Shown: in pieces, positions 1 to 8,030 of the stretch
How the letters are laid out: every line of letters starts with the position of its first letter
Numbering within the stretch: position 1 is the stretch's first letter
Source of the DNA: Bacillota bacterium
GTDB taxonomy: Bacteria > Bacillota > Clostridia > Christensenellales > UBA1242
Direction: 5' to 3'
DNA length: 48,631 nt
Assembly (NCBI GenBank): GCA_009780375.1
Contig: WRAD01000003.1
Location: forward strand, 1 to 48,631
Program-made: the position numbers and the translations under genes
The notes under the pieces: generated by a model
What the model saw: the letters and a program-made list of their open reading frames with translations, nothing else
Databases searched by the model: none
Told to the model about the DNA's origin: nothing

Positions 1-452
1 GGTTTCTTTCTTCTAAAAAAGCCTAAGATAGTTTTTTTACTTCTTTTTGTCATTTGATGATTATCTTGCTCAAGATAATTTTTGTTCCCATATGTTCGAT
101 GATGTTGATACTGCTCTTCTGAATTAAAATAGGATTTGCGTATATTTCCATTTTTATTGAAATCATTTAATTGTGGGTTATCAGGCAACGGTATGTTCTT
201 TTTGTTATTATGCCACTTTGAGTGAGTTAACCCAGCTGATTTTCGCATGTTGCCTTGTTTTTCAAAAAGCCAAGACTTGTGTTTTGTCTTTTTATTAAAC
301 CTTATTTCACTACAGGGGCGTGACTGCGAGTCTTTTTGCAATAATTGTTCTAATCTTCGCTTTGCAAAGTCATGCTCTCCTCGCGTTAAATTGGGATTAT
401 TCATCCTTTCCAAATAATATTTTTGCTTTTCTTTGTCGGAGTGTTTTTTCAT
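1..452 (-). CDS. Hypothetical basic Lys/Asn-rich protein, 3' partial (runs off the window)
   Basis: My manual minus-strand translation from the ATG at 452..450 gives MKKHSDKEKQKYYLERMNNPNLTRGEHDFAKRRLEQLLQKD... and stays open to position 1. The ATG overlaps the TGA of the upstream ORF (ATGA at 449..452). It is absent from the ORF track, presumably because no stop lies in the window. Confidence 0.45.
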   Translation of the reverse strand, partial: MKKHSDKEKQKYYLERMNNPNLTRGEHDFAKRRLEQLLQKDSQSRPCSEIRFNKKTKHKSWLFEKQGNMRKSAGLTHSKWHNNKKNIPLPDNPQLNDFNKNGNIRKSYFNSEEQYQHHRTYGNKNYLEQDNHQMTKRSKKTILGFFRRKK

Positions 453-901
453 TCTTCCTCATCCCATTGATCTTGACCTGGCGGCAATGCCTGGCGTTGC
501 GATGGTGCGTTCAAAATTTCACTAGGTTTATTCGGCGATAATTTTGCTTGCTCTGATGTGTTTTTACGCCCAGCTTCACGTTGCTTCTTGGCTTCCTCAC
601 GCTCAATACGCAGTTTATTCTTGGCTTTTTTGAGTTGTTCATCTACTTCATTCATACGTTCGTAAACTTCCTCAATGCAATAGAATCGGGATATAAACTT
701 GCCTAGAAATGGGTGCGTGAGTTTGAAAAGCGTTCTCTTGCGTGCCTTGGTTAAAAGTATTTTAACCTCTAGCATTTCCGCCTCAATCATTGGTGTTGGC
801 ACAAAACGTTTCCACCCGTCGAACAAATACATGTAATATTTAAACAAATCAATGTAAATTTCATGCAGACGCAGCAGTGTTATTTTAGGTGATTTAGTCA
901 T
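449..901 (-). CDS. Hypothetical protein with basic coiled-coil C-terminal half (element gene)
   Basis: 150-aa ORF with SD AAAGGAG 8 nt upstream of the ATG. It overlaps the stop of the ATPase gene by 8 nt and is ATGA-coupled to the next ORF. No recognisable motif. Confidence 0.6.
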   Translation of the reverse strand: MTKSPKITLLRLHEIYIDLFKYYMYLFDGWKRFVPTPMIEAEMLEVKILLTKARKRTLFKLTHPFLGKFISRFYCIEEVYERMNEVDEQLKKAKNKLRIEREEAKKQREAGRKNTSEQAKLSPNKPSEILNAPSQRQALPPGQDQWDEEE

Positions 902-1796
902 AAAAATACTCCTTTGAGTTTAAGTCTTTTTCGTTATAATAGTCCATATATGCTTGCCTGGTGTGTGCTGGCGGATAGATATGTTTTAATTCATAATCTT
1001 GGTTCAGGTTGCCCTGAATGAAGTCAGGTTCGCAACCGTAACTGTCATAGTTGTTGCGAATATCGAACGGAATAATATAAATTTCTGTTATGTAATTTTT
1101 GGTGGTTTTACCGCTTGCAAGATATTTTTCGTATTCGCTACCGTTTGCAAAATGCCGGTTTGTCCATTTTGTATGGATTGAATATCCAGACTTGCTTTTA
1201 ATAAATTCAACCGTTTGAATTTCTATTACACCAGCCAAAACTCTAATTCGATACGCAATGTCACCATATTCTTGCGTGTCCATGAGGATGCGTAGGCGAT
1301 AATGGCGATACCGTTTAAAGAATTTTTTTTGGCAAGGCAAAAGATTTTTCCAGTTGTGACTGTCTAACGCTTCCCCTGCTTCTTGAAGTCCAAGTATCGA
1401 ACCAGGGGGAATAAATTGCGGATCTATAAGCTGAATTTTCCTGCCAGTTTTTTTACATGTAGCAATATGTGTACCGTCTTTGACTGCAAGCCGTTCAAGT
1501 TCGACATTCCATGCTTTGCGAGGCGAATAGCCCCATTCTTCAGCCACAAGGTGAAAATTTGCGCACACCGAATGTTCATACGGTTTTGTGAGGTTAAACC
1601 CACCTTCAATCTTAAGTTGAACCTGGTCACAAGTTTCTTCGTGTAGGTCATGGTCAAACATCGCCTGTGACAATTTGCCCGTTATGTAGGAAGTTTTACC
1701 CGTACCAGGCAACCCAACAACAATTTTAAAGCAAGGTTTTTCAAAGAGATATAGGTTTTCAACGACTTGACCGTTGTATGTTATTGGCGATGTCAT
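894..1796 (-). CDS. Zot / inovirus pI-like P-loop NTPase (assembly ATPase-like), no TM segment
   Basis: Walker A is VVGLPGTGKTS. A Walker-B-like strand is SILGLQEAGEAL. The segment YRHYRLRILMDTQEYGDIAYRIR resembles the Zot-family HRH-G-D---TQ block. SD is AGGTGGTGAG. The 300-aa protein has no hydrophobic segment. Confidence 0.65.
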   Translation of the reverse strand: MTSPITYNGQVVENLYLFEKPCFKIVVGLPGTGKTSYITGKLSQAMFDHDLHEETCDQVQLKIEGGFNLTKPYEHSVCANFHLVAEEWGYSPRKAWNVELERLAVKDGTHIATCKKTGRKIQLIDPQFIPPGSILGLQEAGEALDSHNWKNLLPCQKKFFKRYRHYRLRILMDTQEYGDIAYRIRVLAGVIEIQTVEFIKSKSGYSIHTKWTNRHFANGSEYEKYLASGKTTKNYITEIYIIPFDIRNNYDSYGCEPDFIQGNLNQDYELKHIYPPAHTRQAYMDYYNEKDLNSKEYFYD

Positions 1797-1804
1797 CTCA
1801 CCAC

Positions 1805-2608
1805 CTACGACACAAAGACGTCAAGGCGAATTGTGAAATTTAGGGCGTATTGGTTGTTGGTAGAAAGATTGCCCGTCATTAAACGAAGTTCCCCATTTTC
1901 TGTAATTCGTACAATACGTGTTGAAAGTTGACCAATGCTTATCATAAACACATAAAATGGTATATGGTATGGTCTGAATGCTTGCGGTAAACTTCCGATA
2001 ACGTTATTTGAAGTAGGGGTTGAGAATATAATAGAAGCGTGCAGGGTGTGACCTATTCTTACAAGTGTGTTTTGTGTAACTTCTCTACCTGTAGGAATTG
2101 AAAACTGCCCAAACTGTGGCGTAACGGTGGTCATATCAGACAACTGTTGTTCAAGATTTTGAATTCTGTCGTTAAGATTTGATATTTGGTTCAGGTGAGA
2201 TTGAATTTGATTATTCAAATTTTGCCTTTGCTGTGTTAAGTCTTGAATTTGTTCCAATAGATTGGTTATGCTTTCAAGATAATCTTCGTCAATTAAGGCA
2301 AGTAATTCGTCTAGCCATATATTTACCCTTTCAATTTCTGCCATGTGTTCAACAATTTCCCTATTCAATTCTTCTATCTGAAACAATAAAGTCCTTGTCT
2401 GTGCCTCTAACTGTTCACGTAGTAATTGACCTTGCCTTAGTCCGTCATTATGTGCGTTTTCAAGGTCGGCACGTGTATACAAATCTGCACCGCCCATGCC
2501 ATGACGAATTGCACCCCAATTCGAAGTCCCCCAAAGTATACCAAACGTCAAGACAGATACAAGCAATACGGCAATTACAATTGTGAATATTTTGTTTTTA
2601 TTTTCCAT
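1805..2608 (-). CDS. N-terminally membrane-anchored coiled-coil protein with C-terminal beta-rich domain
   Basis: TM helix IFTIVIAVLLVSVLTFGILWG, followed by a long Q/N/L heptad-like stretch (IQDLTQQRQNLNNQIQSHLNQISNLNDRIQNLEQQL) and then about 100 aa that are non-helical. SD is AAAGGA. Confidence 0.65.
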   Translation of the reverse strand: MENKNKIFTIVIAVLLVSVLTFGILWGTSNWGAIRHGMGGADLYTRADLENAHNDGLRQGQLLREQLEAQTRTLLFQIEELNREIVEHMAEIERVNIWLDELLALIDEDYLESITNLLEQIQDLTQQRQNLNNQIQSHLNQISNLNDRIQNLEQQLSDMTTVTPQFGQFSIPTGREVTQNTLVRIGHTLHASIIFSTPTSNNVIGSLPQAFRPYHIPFYVFMISIGQLSTRIVRITENGELRLMTGNLSTNNQYALNFTIRLDVFVS

Positions 2609-2620
2609 AATTTTATCCTT

Positions 2621-3142
2621 TTATTTAATCTCGTTTATATGTAAACGGAAAGTATTATCAAGTAAAAAAGCGTGCATTAATGCTTGTTCTTGGAAACCTT
2701 GCACCGTTACCCTTAGTTCTGTTCGCATATTCCAAAACAATATTTGTATATTAAGGTTTGCAGTTATGATATACGAGCCGTCAATATAATAAAAACTAAA
2801 CGGAATAGTTGCACGGACAAACCTTTCGCCGATTTCTGCATCAAATATGACATTGCCATTAAATTCAAGGTAATACTCGAATACGTCACCTGCAAATGAT
2901 GGTACGGGCAATAACGCAAGTTCTTCGTATACGAACAAATCAAAATTATCTGAACATGGTGAAAAGAAAACACCGTTTGTAACATATGAAAAACTTTCTT
3001 GTGAAAAACGATTATTTATGTCTATAGAACCCCTTTGAAAACCTGTGCGTGTTAGTTCGTTAACCGTTAATATCATTGAAAAACCCCCAAAGAAGATAAT
3101 TAAAATACACACAAGCCAGTGCGACATTTTATTAGGAAACAT
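2621..3142 (-). CDS. Membrane-anchored hypothetical protein (pVI-position gene)
   Basis: 173-aa ORF with N-terminal TM HWLVCILIIFFGGFSMILTV. SD is GGGGGTGG. The start overlaps the end of the upstream ORF by 11 nt. Confidence 0.6.
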   Translation of the reverse strand: MFPNKMSHWLVCILIIFFGGFSMILTVNELTRTGFQRGSIDINNRFSQESFSYVTNGVFFSPCSDNFDLFVYEELALLPVPSFAGDVFEYYLEFNGNVIFDAEIGERFVRATIPFSFYYIDGSYIITANLNIQILFWNMRTELRVTVQGFQEQALMHAFLLDNTFRLHINEIK

Positions 3143-4439
3143 GAGCCACCCCCTGTAATTGATTGTGATTGTCTATTAAATTGACTGTACCGCCTATCTG
3201 AATATTTGAAACAATGGTATTGTAAAAAGCAAATTGCAAGATGTTAAAATCTCCACTTCCACGTATTCTAAGCATGTGAATATTCAAATATCGTAAACCG
3301 TTAAAGTCAATTCCACGGATATTATTAAAACCAGCCTGTATGTCTACAATTAGATAAAATCTACGCATATCAAACAATTGTGTTCTTGCACGATTTGAAA
3401 GTGATATCACATAACCGTTATGTAATTGTGAAAAACGCTTATCAAAACTTTGTTCGGTTAGCCTAACGTGTTGACGATATGTCGCAAAATTTGAATTATA
3501 TTCACTGTCGTTTAAATCAAAATCACCACGCCCACCTATCATATTAAATAATGACTGTCTGGCGTTTCTAAAACCGTTGTGATTAATAGAAATGCGTACC
3601 ATGGCATAGGTATCGACCCTGTCAACTGGTTCACGTTGAACAGTACCGCCTCTAATTTCATTAATTTGCAATAAATCAAATAAGGGTAATATGACGTCAA
3701 ATGTGCCTTGTCTTTGGTATGTTCCATCAAGTGTTACTATGTTGTTTAATGAATTAAAAACCACGTGGTTAAAAATTCTGTCCCAATTATTATAATGCCT
3801 GCGGTTAGAGCCAACACGAATATTGATTAATGGATTGGTAAGCAAAGAAGCACTTTCGCCAGTGTTCCAATGATTTAAAACGCTTACTTGATATGGTCTG
3901 CCGTCAATAGGTATTGTCATGACTACATCACGCCTAAAATGAAAATCGTTAACAACTTGGCTTTGATATGAAGTCATAACACCACGTAAGCCGTGTTGAC
4001 TTGCTCTTTGATTTATTGTGTTTTCACTTGGTGACCATGAAGTCCTGCCAACAATAAAATTTGTTCGGCTTGCTCTCCATCTGTTGGTATCAAACATAAA
4101 CCTTGGCTCTGTTCTGTGTAGCCACTGTAAACCATATGACATTTTGTGGTCGGGGTTGTCAACCCTTAACCCTAAAAAATGATTGAATTTTATTTCACTA
4201 AAGAAATACCCATTTCTATTTTGGTTTGTAAAGATATTGACTTCGATAAAGGGTCGGGATTCACGCTCTTCGTTTGTTGCTTCTCGAATATAGTTAGTAT
4301 CGCCAATAATATTTACACCACGCAAATCACGGGTAAAAAATGCAAAAACATACGCCATAATCATAATTGCAATAATACCAAGTGCGGTTAACCCGATCAT
4401 GCCAATCTTGATTACTTTTACTGAAATTGTATCATTCAT
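3132..4439 (-). CDS. Large N-terminally membrane-anchored protein (candidate adsorption or minor-coat protein, pIII position)
   Basis: The ORF track starts at a TTG (4466). The ATG at 4439 follows SD AGGAGG and overlaps the stop of the 56-aa ORF (ATGA). The N-terminus is MNDTISVKVIKIGMIGLTALGIIAIMIMAYVFAFF (TM), followed by about 400 aa with no recognised motif. Confidence 0.6.
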   Translation of the reverse strand: MNDTISVKVIKIGMIGLTALGIIAIMIMAYVFAFFTRDLRGVNIIGDTNYIREATNEERESRPFIEVNIFTNQNRNGYFFSEIKFNHFLGLRVDNPDHKMSYGLQWLHRTEPRFMFDTNRWRASRTNFIVGRTSWSPSENTINQRASQHGLRGVMTSYQSQVVNDFHFRRDVVMTIPIDGRPYQVSVLNHWNTGESASLLTNPLINIRVGSNRRHYNNWDRIFNHVVFNSLNNIVTLDGTYQRQGTFDVILPLFDLLQINEIRGGTVQREPVDRVDTYAMVRISINHNGFRNARQSLFNMIGGRGDFDLNDSEYNSNFATYRQHVRLTEQSFDKRFSQLHNGYVISLSNRARTQLFDMRRFYLIVDIQAGFNNIRGIDFNGLRYLNIHMLRIRGSGDFNILQFAFYNTIVSNIQIGGTVNLIDNHNQLQGVAHVS

Positions 4440-4606
4440 ATTAAACCTCCTAATATTCCACCCCAACCAAACCAGTCAATACCCGTTGCTATCCATCCCA
4501 ATGCAATAGCAAGAAAATTAAATATCCTTGCAACAAGCATCAAAGGAAATGCCCCAAAAGGTATTGTCAAAAATAAGGCTATGCCGATGATTAAACCTAC
4601 TTTCAT
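4436..4606 (-). CDS. 56-aa double-hydrophobic-segment protein (candidate virion coat or small membrane protein), below ORF-track cutoff
   Basis: Manual translation gives MKVGLIIGIALFLTIPFGAFPLMLVARIFNFLAIALGWIATGIDWFGWGGILGGLI. Strong SD GGGGGTGGGG lies 2 nt before the ATG. The stop overlaps the start of the downstream ORF (ATGA at 4436..4439). Confidence 0.55.
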   Translation of the reverse strand: MKVGLIIGIALFLTIPFGAFPLMLVARIFNFLAIALGWIATGIDWFGWGGILGGLI

Positions 4607-4618
4607 AACCCCACCCCC

Positions 4619-5545
4619 TTATAATGCACCAGCAAGGTTTGACGCAAAAAAGAAAACGGTATGACCAGTAATTACACGTGTTGTGATATCAATAGGGTTG
4701 CCGACTTCAGCATGTGAAAGCACCCAACGATGAGAAGAACCACCAGACGGTGGGAATGGTTGGGCGGTGGGGTTTCCGCCACTTATAACGACTTGTTGGG
4801 CAAAGACTGTGTTACCGTTCATAAACACAACAGAAAAACGTTGTACGTTCTGCGAGCCTGTAAGTTTATTTTGCAACTCTGTTATTGTTTGGTTCAGGGT
4901 TGTTATAGTACCATTTGCGGTACTTACTTGACCGCTTATCGAGTTAACTTGGTTTGTTAGGTTTGTGACCTGTGATGTAAGTGAATTAATTTGTTCAAGT
5001 TTAAGTACCACTTGATAGTGGTACAGATTTGCCAGATCACCAAGCACTTCAACCTTTTCTTGCATGTCGTCAATGACTTCTTGCATGTCGGTAACTTGTG
5101 TTTGCAAATCTTTAATAGTACCGGTGTTTGAAATAATCGTTGAGTTAAGCGTTTGTATTTGCTTTGTCAGGTCATATATGACTTCCGCATGGTCGCCGTT
5201 GTTGTCGATGACCTGGGTAAGTGTATATATTATGCCTTCAAGTTGTGTAACCTGTGCCGTCATGTTTTGATTAAGGTCTTGCAGTTGCGATATCTTTGTT
5301 TCAAGCGACCCAACCTGTGACCGATATAATTGTACAAGGTTTTGCAATGCATCAAGGTCTGGATCTGATGGGTTGTAATTGTCATTGTCGCACGGTTCGT
5401 AGCTACAGTGATATTCGTTGTCGGGGGTAGTGTTCTCACTAGAGTCAGAAAACCATTCGAGGTGGAAATGACCGACGAGTAATATTGTGGCCGATATCAC
5501 CGCTATTATCGTCATTGCAATTATGGATTTGAATGTTTGTTTCAT
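4619..5545 (-). CDS. N-terminally membrane-anchored coiled-coil protein with C-terminal Listeria-Bacteroides (InlB B / Flg_new)-like repeat
   Basis: TM helix IIAMTIIAVISATILLVGHF, then about 170 aa of Q/T/L-rich coiled coil. The C-terminus FSVVFMNGNTVFAQQVVISGGNPTAQPFPP...HRWVL...VITGHTVFFFA fits the Flg_new repeat pattern. Confidence 0.65.
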   Translation of the reverse strand: MKQTFKSIIAMTIIAVISATILLVGHFHLEWFSDSSENTTPDNEYHCSYEPCDNDNYNPSDPDLDALQNLVQLYRSQVGSLETKISQLQDLNQNMTAQVTQLEGIIYTLTQVIDNNGDHAEVIYDLTKQIQTLNSTIISNTGTIKDLQTQVTDMQEVIDDMQEKVEVLGDLANLYHYQVVLKLEQINSLTSQVTNLTNQVNSISGQVSTANGTITTLNQTITELQNKLTGSQNVQRFSVVFMNGNTVFAQQVVISGGNPTAQPFPPSGGSSHRWVLSHAEVGNPIDITTRVITGHTVFFFASNLAGAL

Positions 5546-5607
5546 TGTTTTTCCTTTATTTAGGAAATGCTCACTTCTCCCGGTGTGAGCTACCGTTAAT
5601 TAATAGA

Positions 5608-5636
5608 TTGATTTTTCTTGTCGGTTCATGTATAAT
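5608..5636 (+). promoter_or_regulatory. Sigma-A-type promoter for the plus-strand nuclease-like gene
   Basis: TTGATT (5608..5613), a 17-nt spacer, then TATAAT (5631..5636). It lies about 38 nt upstream of the ATG, which carries SD GGGGAGGA. Confidence 0.55.
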
Positions 5637-5674
5637 GACTAGGACAAGTTATATTAAATTGTGGGGAGGAATAA

Positions 5675-6223
5675 ATGCCAGCACCAATGTGTAAAAAATG
5701 CAAACAGAATAAAGCGACATATCTTTACTGGTATAACTCTTACTCGGACCTATGTACTGATTGTTATTACGACAAACAATCTGATTCCAAAGATGATGGT
5801 GAAGAAGTTACTGAAGTGGAGCAGGATTCCACAAATAACTATGCAAAACCTAAAAACGAAAGAGATAAATGGGGATTGCCCGAAATTCGTGCTCAATCAG
5901 GACATAGAGTAAGGAGTCGCGGTGAATGTTTAATTGCCAACTGGCTTTACGACAATCGAATACTTTTTGAGTATGAGCGTATCGTATATTTAAATAGTGA
6001 CACCCAGCGTTATCTCATTTCTGACTTTTATTTACCCGATGCTAAACTTTACATAGAGTATTGGGGATACAAAGACAAAGGGAGTTATAATTTAAGGAGA
6101 GATGAGAAAGATACAATTTACAAAGAAAAGGAACTTAATCTGTTAAATGTTGAAGACCATCACATTAACTCTTTGGATGATTTTTTACGCAAAAACTTAA
6201 TCAAGCACTTCAAACATCTTTGA
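5675..6223 (+). CDS. Zinc-ribbon plus PD-(D/E)XK-like nuclease domain protein (only plus-strand gene in the element)
   Basis: The N-terminus carries CKKCKQ...CTDC (four Cys). The C-terminal half, RSRGECLIANWLYDNRILFEYE...ISDFYLPDAKLYIEYWGY, resembles the restriction-endonuclease-like module seen at the N-termini of helicase IV / plasmid Rep-type helicases (E ... D ... E-x-W/K arrangement). Confidence 0.55.
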   Translation: MPAPMCKKCKQNKATYLYWYNSYSDLCTDCYYDKQSDSKDDGEEVTEVEQDSTNNYAKPKNERDKWGLPEIRAQSGHRVRSRGECLIANWLYDNRILFEYERIVYLNSDTQRYLISDFYLPDAKLYIEYWGYKDKGSYNLRRDEKDTIYKEKELNLLNVEDHHINSLDDFLRKNLIKHFKHL

Positions 6224-6693
6224 ATTCGCTTTTTGGTGTGGCTTTTTACGGCTCAGCTGGCTTTGTGGTATTGTTTCTGTTATTTGGCATATGATTTATT
6301 TCTCCTTTTAATCGTCCAAAGTCTCCCTTGTCTGCAGGTTTTACGTCACGATGGACGTCCTATTTTTGTTTTAAACTACTTTTTCTTGAGTGCTATCAGT
6401 ACATGACATCGTAGATAATATTTTTTTCGTATAATCTCATTTCCTTTTAATCGCCTATTTTTAACGTCTGGCTATTCGACGTGTGGGGGCGGTGTTGGAA
6501 TTGCACCAACTGCAAAACGTGTTTTCATTTGCATACAAATCACACTCTAATCTGCAAACTTGTTACCGCCCGTATTCGGACTTGTTTTTGGCCTTGCTAA
6601 GTCCATAACGCAAGGGGTAAGTCAGGAAAATACTTAAGGAGGTTAAAAACCCTATTACCATTGGGTGGCAGTTTTTACACGTGCCACAGGTGT
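6224..6693. other. About 470-bp non-coding region inside the element (candidate origin, packaging or regulatory region)
   Basis: No ORF of 60 aa or more on either strand, and no convincing SD-led small ORF. Short hairpins occur at 6343..6358 (ACGTC/GACGT), 6493..6510 (GTTGG/CCAAC) and 6665..6687 (GTGGCA/TGCCAC). A TTTT(T)AC(G) motif recurs. Confidence 0.3.
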
Positions 6694-6846
6694 CTATACA
6701 TGTTTTAGGTCGGTGAACTTTACGATTTTAAAACCGTATCTTTTCATCTTTTCGACAAGGTTATTGGCTTGCCTTTCTGTAACCGCATAAAGCGAATGCA
6801 GGGTATTTTGCCTGTCTTTATAAGTGATTTCATAACGGAACTTCAC
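6694..6846 (-). CDS. Possible 50-aa protein (GTG start), below ORF-track cutoff
   Basis: Manual translation gives (M)KFRYEITYKDRQNTLHSLYAVTERQANNLVEKMKRYGFKIVKFTDLKHV. AAGGCGG lies upstream of the GTG. The ORF overlaps the 3' end of the preceding ORF by 17 nt, and its composition looks protein-like. Confidence 0.35.
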   Translation of the reverse strand: MKFRYEITYKDRQNTLHSLYAVTERQANNLVEKMKRYGFKIVKFTDLKHV

Positions 6847-7087
6847 AAGTCACCGCCTTAAAATCGTTGATGTTATAAACCTTGATGTGCATGAACTTGC
6901 CTACGATTTGCAAGTTGCCAATTTTGGCTATAAAGTCCGCACGTTTATCTTTTAACATCTCTTTAAAATCTTTGATAGTCATTTCAATACCATGCTTTTT
7001 TAAAAACTTTGCATTGATTTCACTTTTGATAAAATGATTTCGGGTATACCGTGGGTCATCATAAATACAGCGGATGTGATTGAACAT
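6830..7087 (-). CDS. Hypothetical protein (element early-region gene)
   Basis: The ORF track starts at a GTG (7099). The ATG at 7087 is preceded by GAGGTG, which overlaps the stop of the upstream ORF. No recognised motif. Confidence 0.55.
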   Translation of the reverse strand: MFNHIRCIYDDPRYTRNHFIKSEINAKFLKKHGIEMTIKDFKEMLKDKRADFIAKIGNLQIVGKFMHIKVYNINDFKAVTCEVPL

Positions 7088-7095
7088 AACGCACC

Positions 7096-7716
7096 TCACT
7101 TGTTTTTAAGTTTGGCACGCTCCATGGCAAGCCCTGCAAATACAAGAAATTCCATATCTTCATAGCCAAACGCATGTGTAAAAGTCTGACCTTTACCCAA
7201 GTTAAACTCTATTCCGTAAAACTTATGACCTGGCTTGCTCCTGCTGTCAAGCCTGCCTACGACAAACGGAATATCTTTGTTTGCCCCAAGAAATTCTAAA
7301 ATGTCCCTTGCCACTTGATTTCTAAAAGGCACATAGTCCTTTTTAGCCCCCTCGTATTCCGCACGCACGGCGATATGTTCTTGCTTAAACCCAGGTACAA
7401 CCCTTGTTTTTCCTGTGTACACTTTGTCTTTGAATTTTGATGACAGCACAAAGATTTCAATAAGTTTTCTTGATGTCTTTTCTTCTTCGTCAAGTTTAAT
7501 TTCTACAAACTCTTCAAGGTCTGCGTACTGGTCATTATCAAATTGTGCGACTTCTTCAGGTGTGTTTACTTCACTCTTGGGTACAGTATTTGTCTGTTCG
7601 ACTGTCGAACTTGTCACCGTTTCTTCAGGCGTGTTTTCTGTTGTGACTTGTGCGATGGTTTCTTGCACTGCGGTTTCTACTTCATTTTTTACTTGTTTTT
7701 TTACTTGATTGCTCAT
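7096..7716 (-). CDS. Hypothetical protein with acidic, T/E/V-rich disordered N-terminus and a globular C-terminal domain of about 130 aa
   Basis: 206-aa ORF with SD AAGGAGA. No recognised motif. Confidence 0.6.
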   Translation of the reverse strand: MSNQVKKQVKNEVETAVQETIAQVTTENTPEETVTSSTVEQTNTVPKSEVNTPEEVAQFDNDQYADLEEFVEIKLDEEEKTSRKLIEIFVLSSKFKDKVYTGKTRVVPGFKQEHIAVRAEYEGAKKDYVPFRNQVARDILEFLGANKDIPFVVGRLDSRSKPGHKFYGIEFNLGKGQTFTHAFGYEDMEFLVFAGLAMERAKLKNK

Positions 7717-7761
7717 GGCTAATCTCCTTTAACTTTTTTAATTTCTAACCCATCCCAAACC

Positions 7762-8001
7762 CTAGTAATTCGATATAACTTCAATACCTTTGTCTACTAG
7801 TTCGCACTTGCAAGAAACAATCTTGTTTCGCAAATTTGCAAGCAAACTAACAATCTCATTTAAACGAGCATTTCTACAACAAAACAAATCTAACATTTCA
7901 TCAATGCCATCAATGTACTCGTTCAATTTCTCAACGGCTTCAATCGTCCTACGCAACGCAACATCCGCCGCACGCTCGCCTGTTTTCCTAACTCTGTTCA
8001 T
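7762..8001 (-). CDS. Hypothetical small helical protein
   Basis: 79-aa ORF with strong SD AAGGAGG 5 nt upstream of the ATG. Confidence 0.6.
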   Translation of the reverse strand: MNRVRKTGERAADVALRRTIEAVEKLNEYIDGIDEMLDLFCCRNARLNEIVSLLANLRNKIVSCKCELVDKGIEVISNY

Positions 8002-8030
8002 GGTTACCTCCTTTTTTTGATGTTTGTTGC

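Noticed and set aside
320-541. 73-aa plus-strand ORF at the left edge
   Set aside because: It overlaps two SD-led, ATGA-coupled minus-strand ORFs (1..452 and 449..901). It has no SD and a hydrophobic antisense-type composition.
1424-1657. 77-aa minus-strand ORF nested within the Zot-like gene in another frame
   Set aside because: It lies fully inside a longer ORF that carries Walker motifs, and it has no SD.
6635-6643. Perfect SD TAAGGAGGT on the plus strand in the element's non-coding region
   Set aside because: There is no ATG, GTG or TTG at 5-10 nt. The only in-frame candidate is an ATT followed by a 20-codon ORF, so I do not call it a gene. It is kept as part of the non-coding-region observation.
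6224-6700. Possible tRNA gene as an integration target inside or next to the element
   Set aside because: There is no GGTTCGAATCC-like T-loop and no cloverleaf-compatible pairing. No tRNA-like sequence was noticed anywhere in the window.
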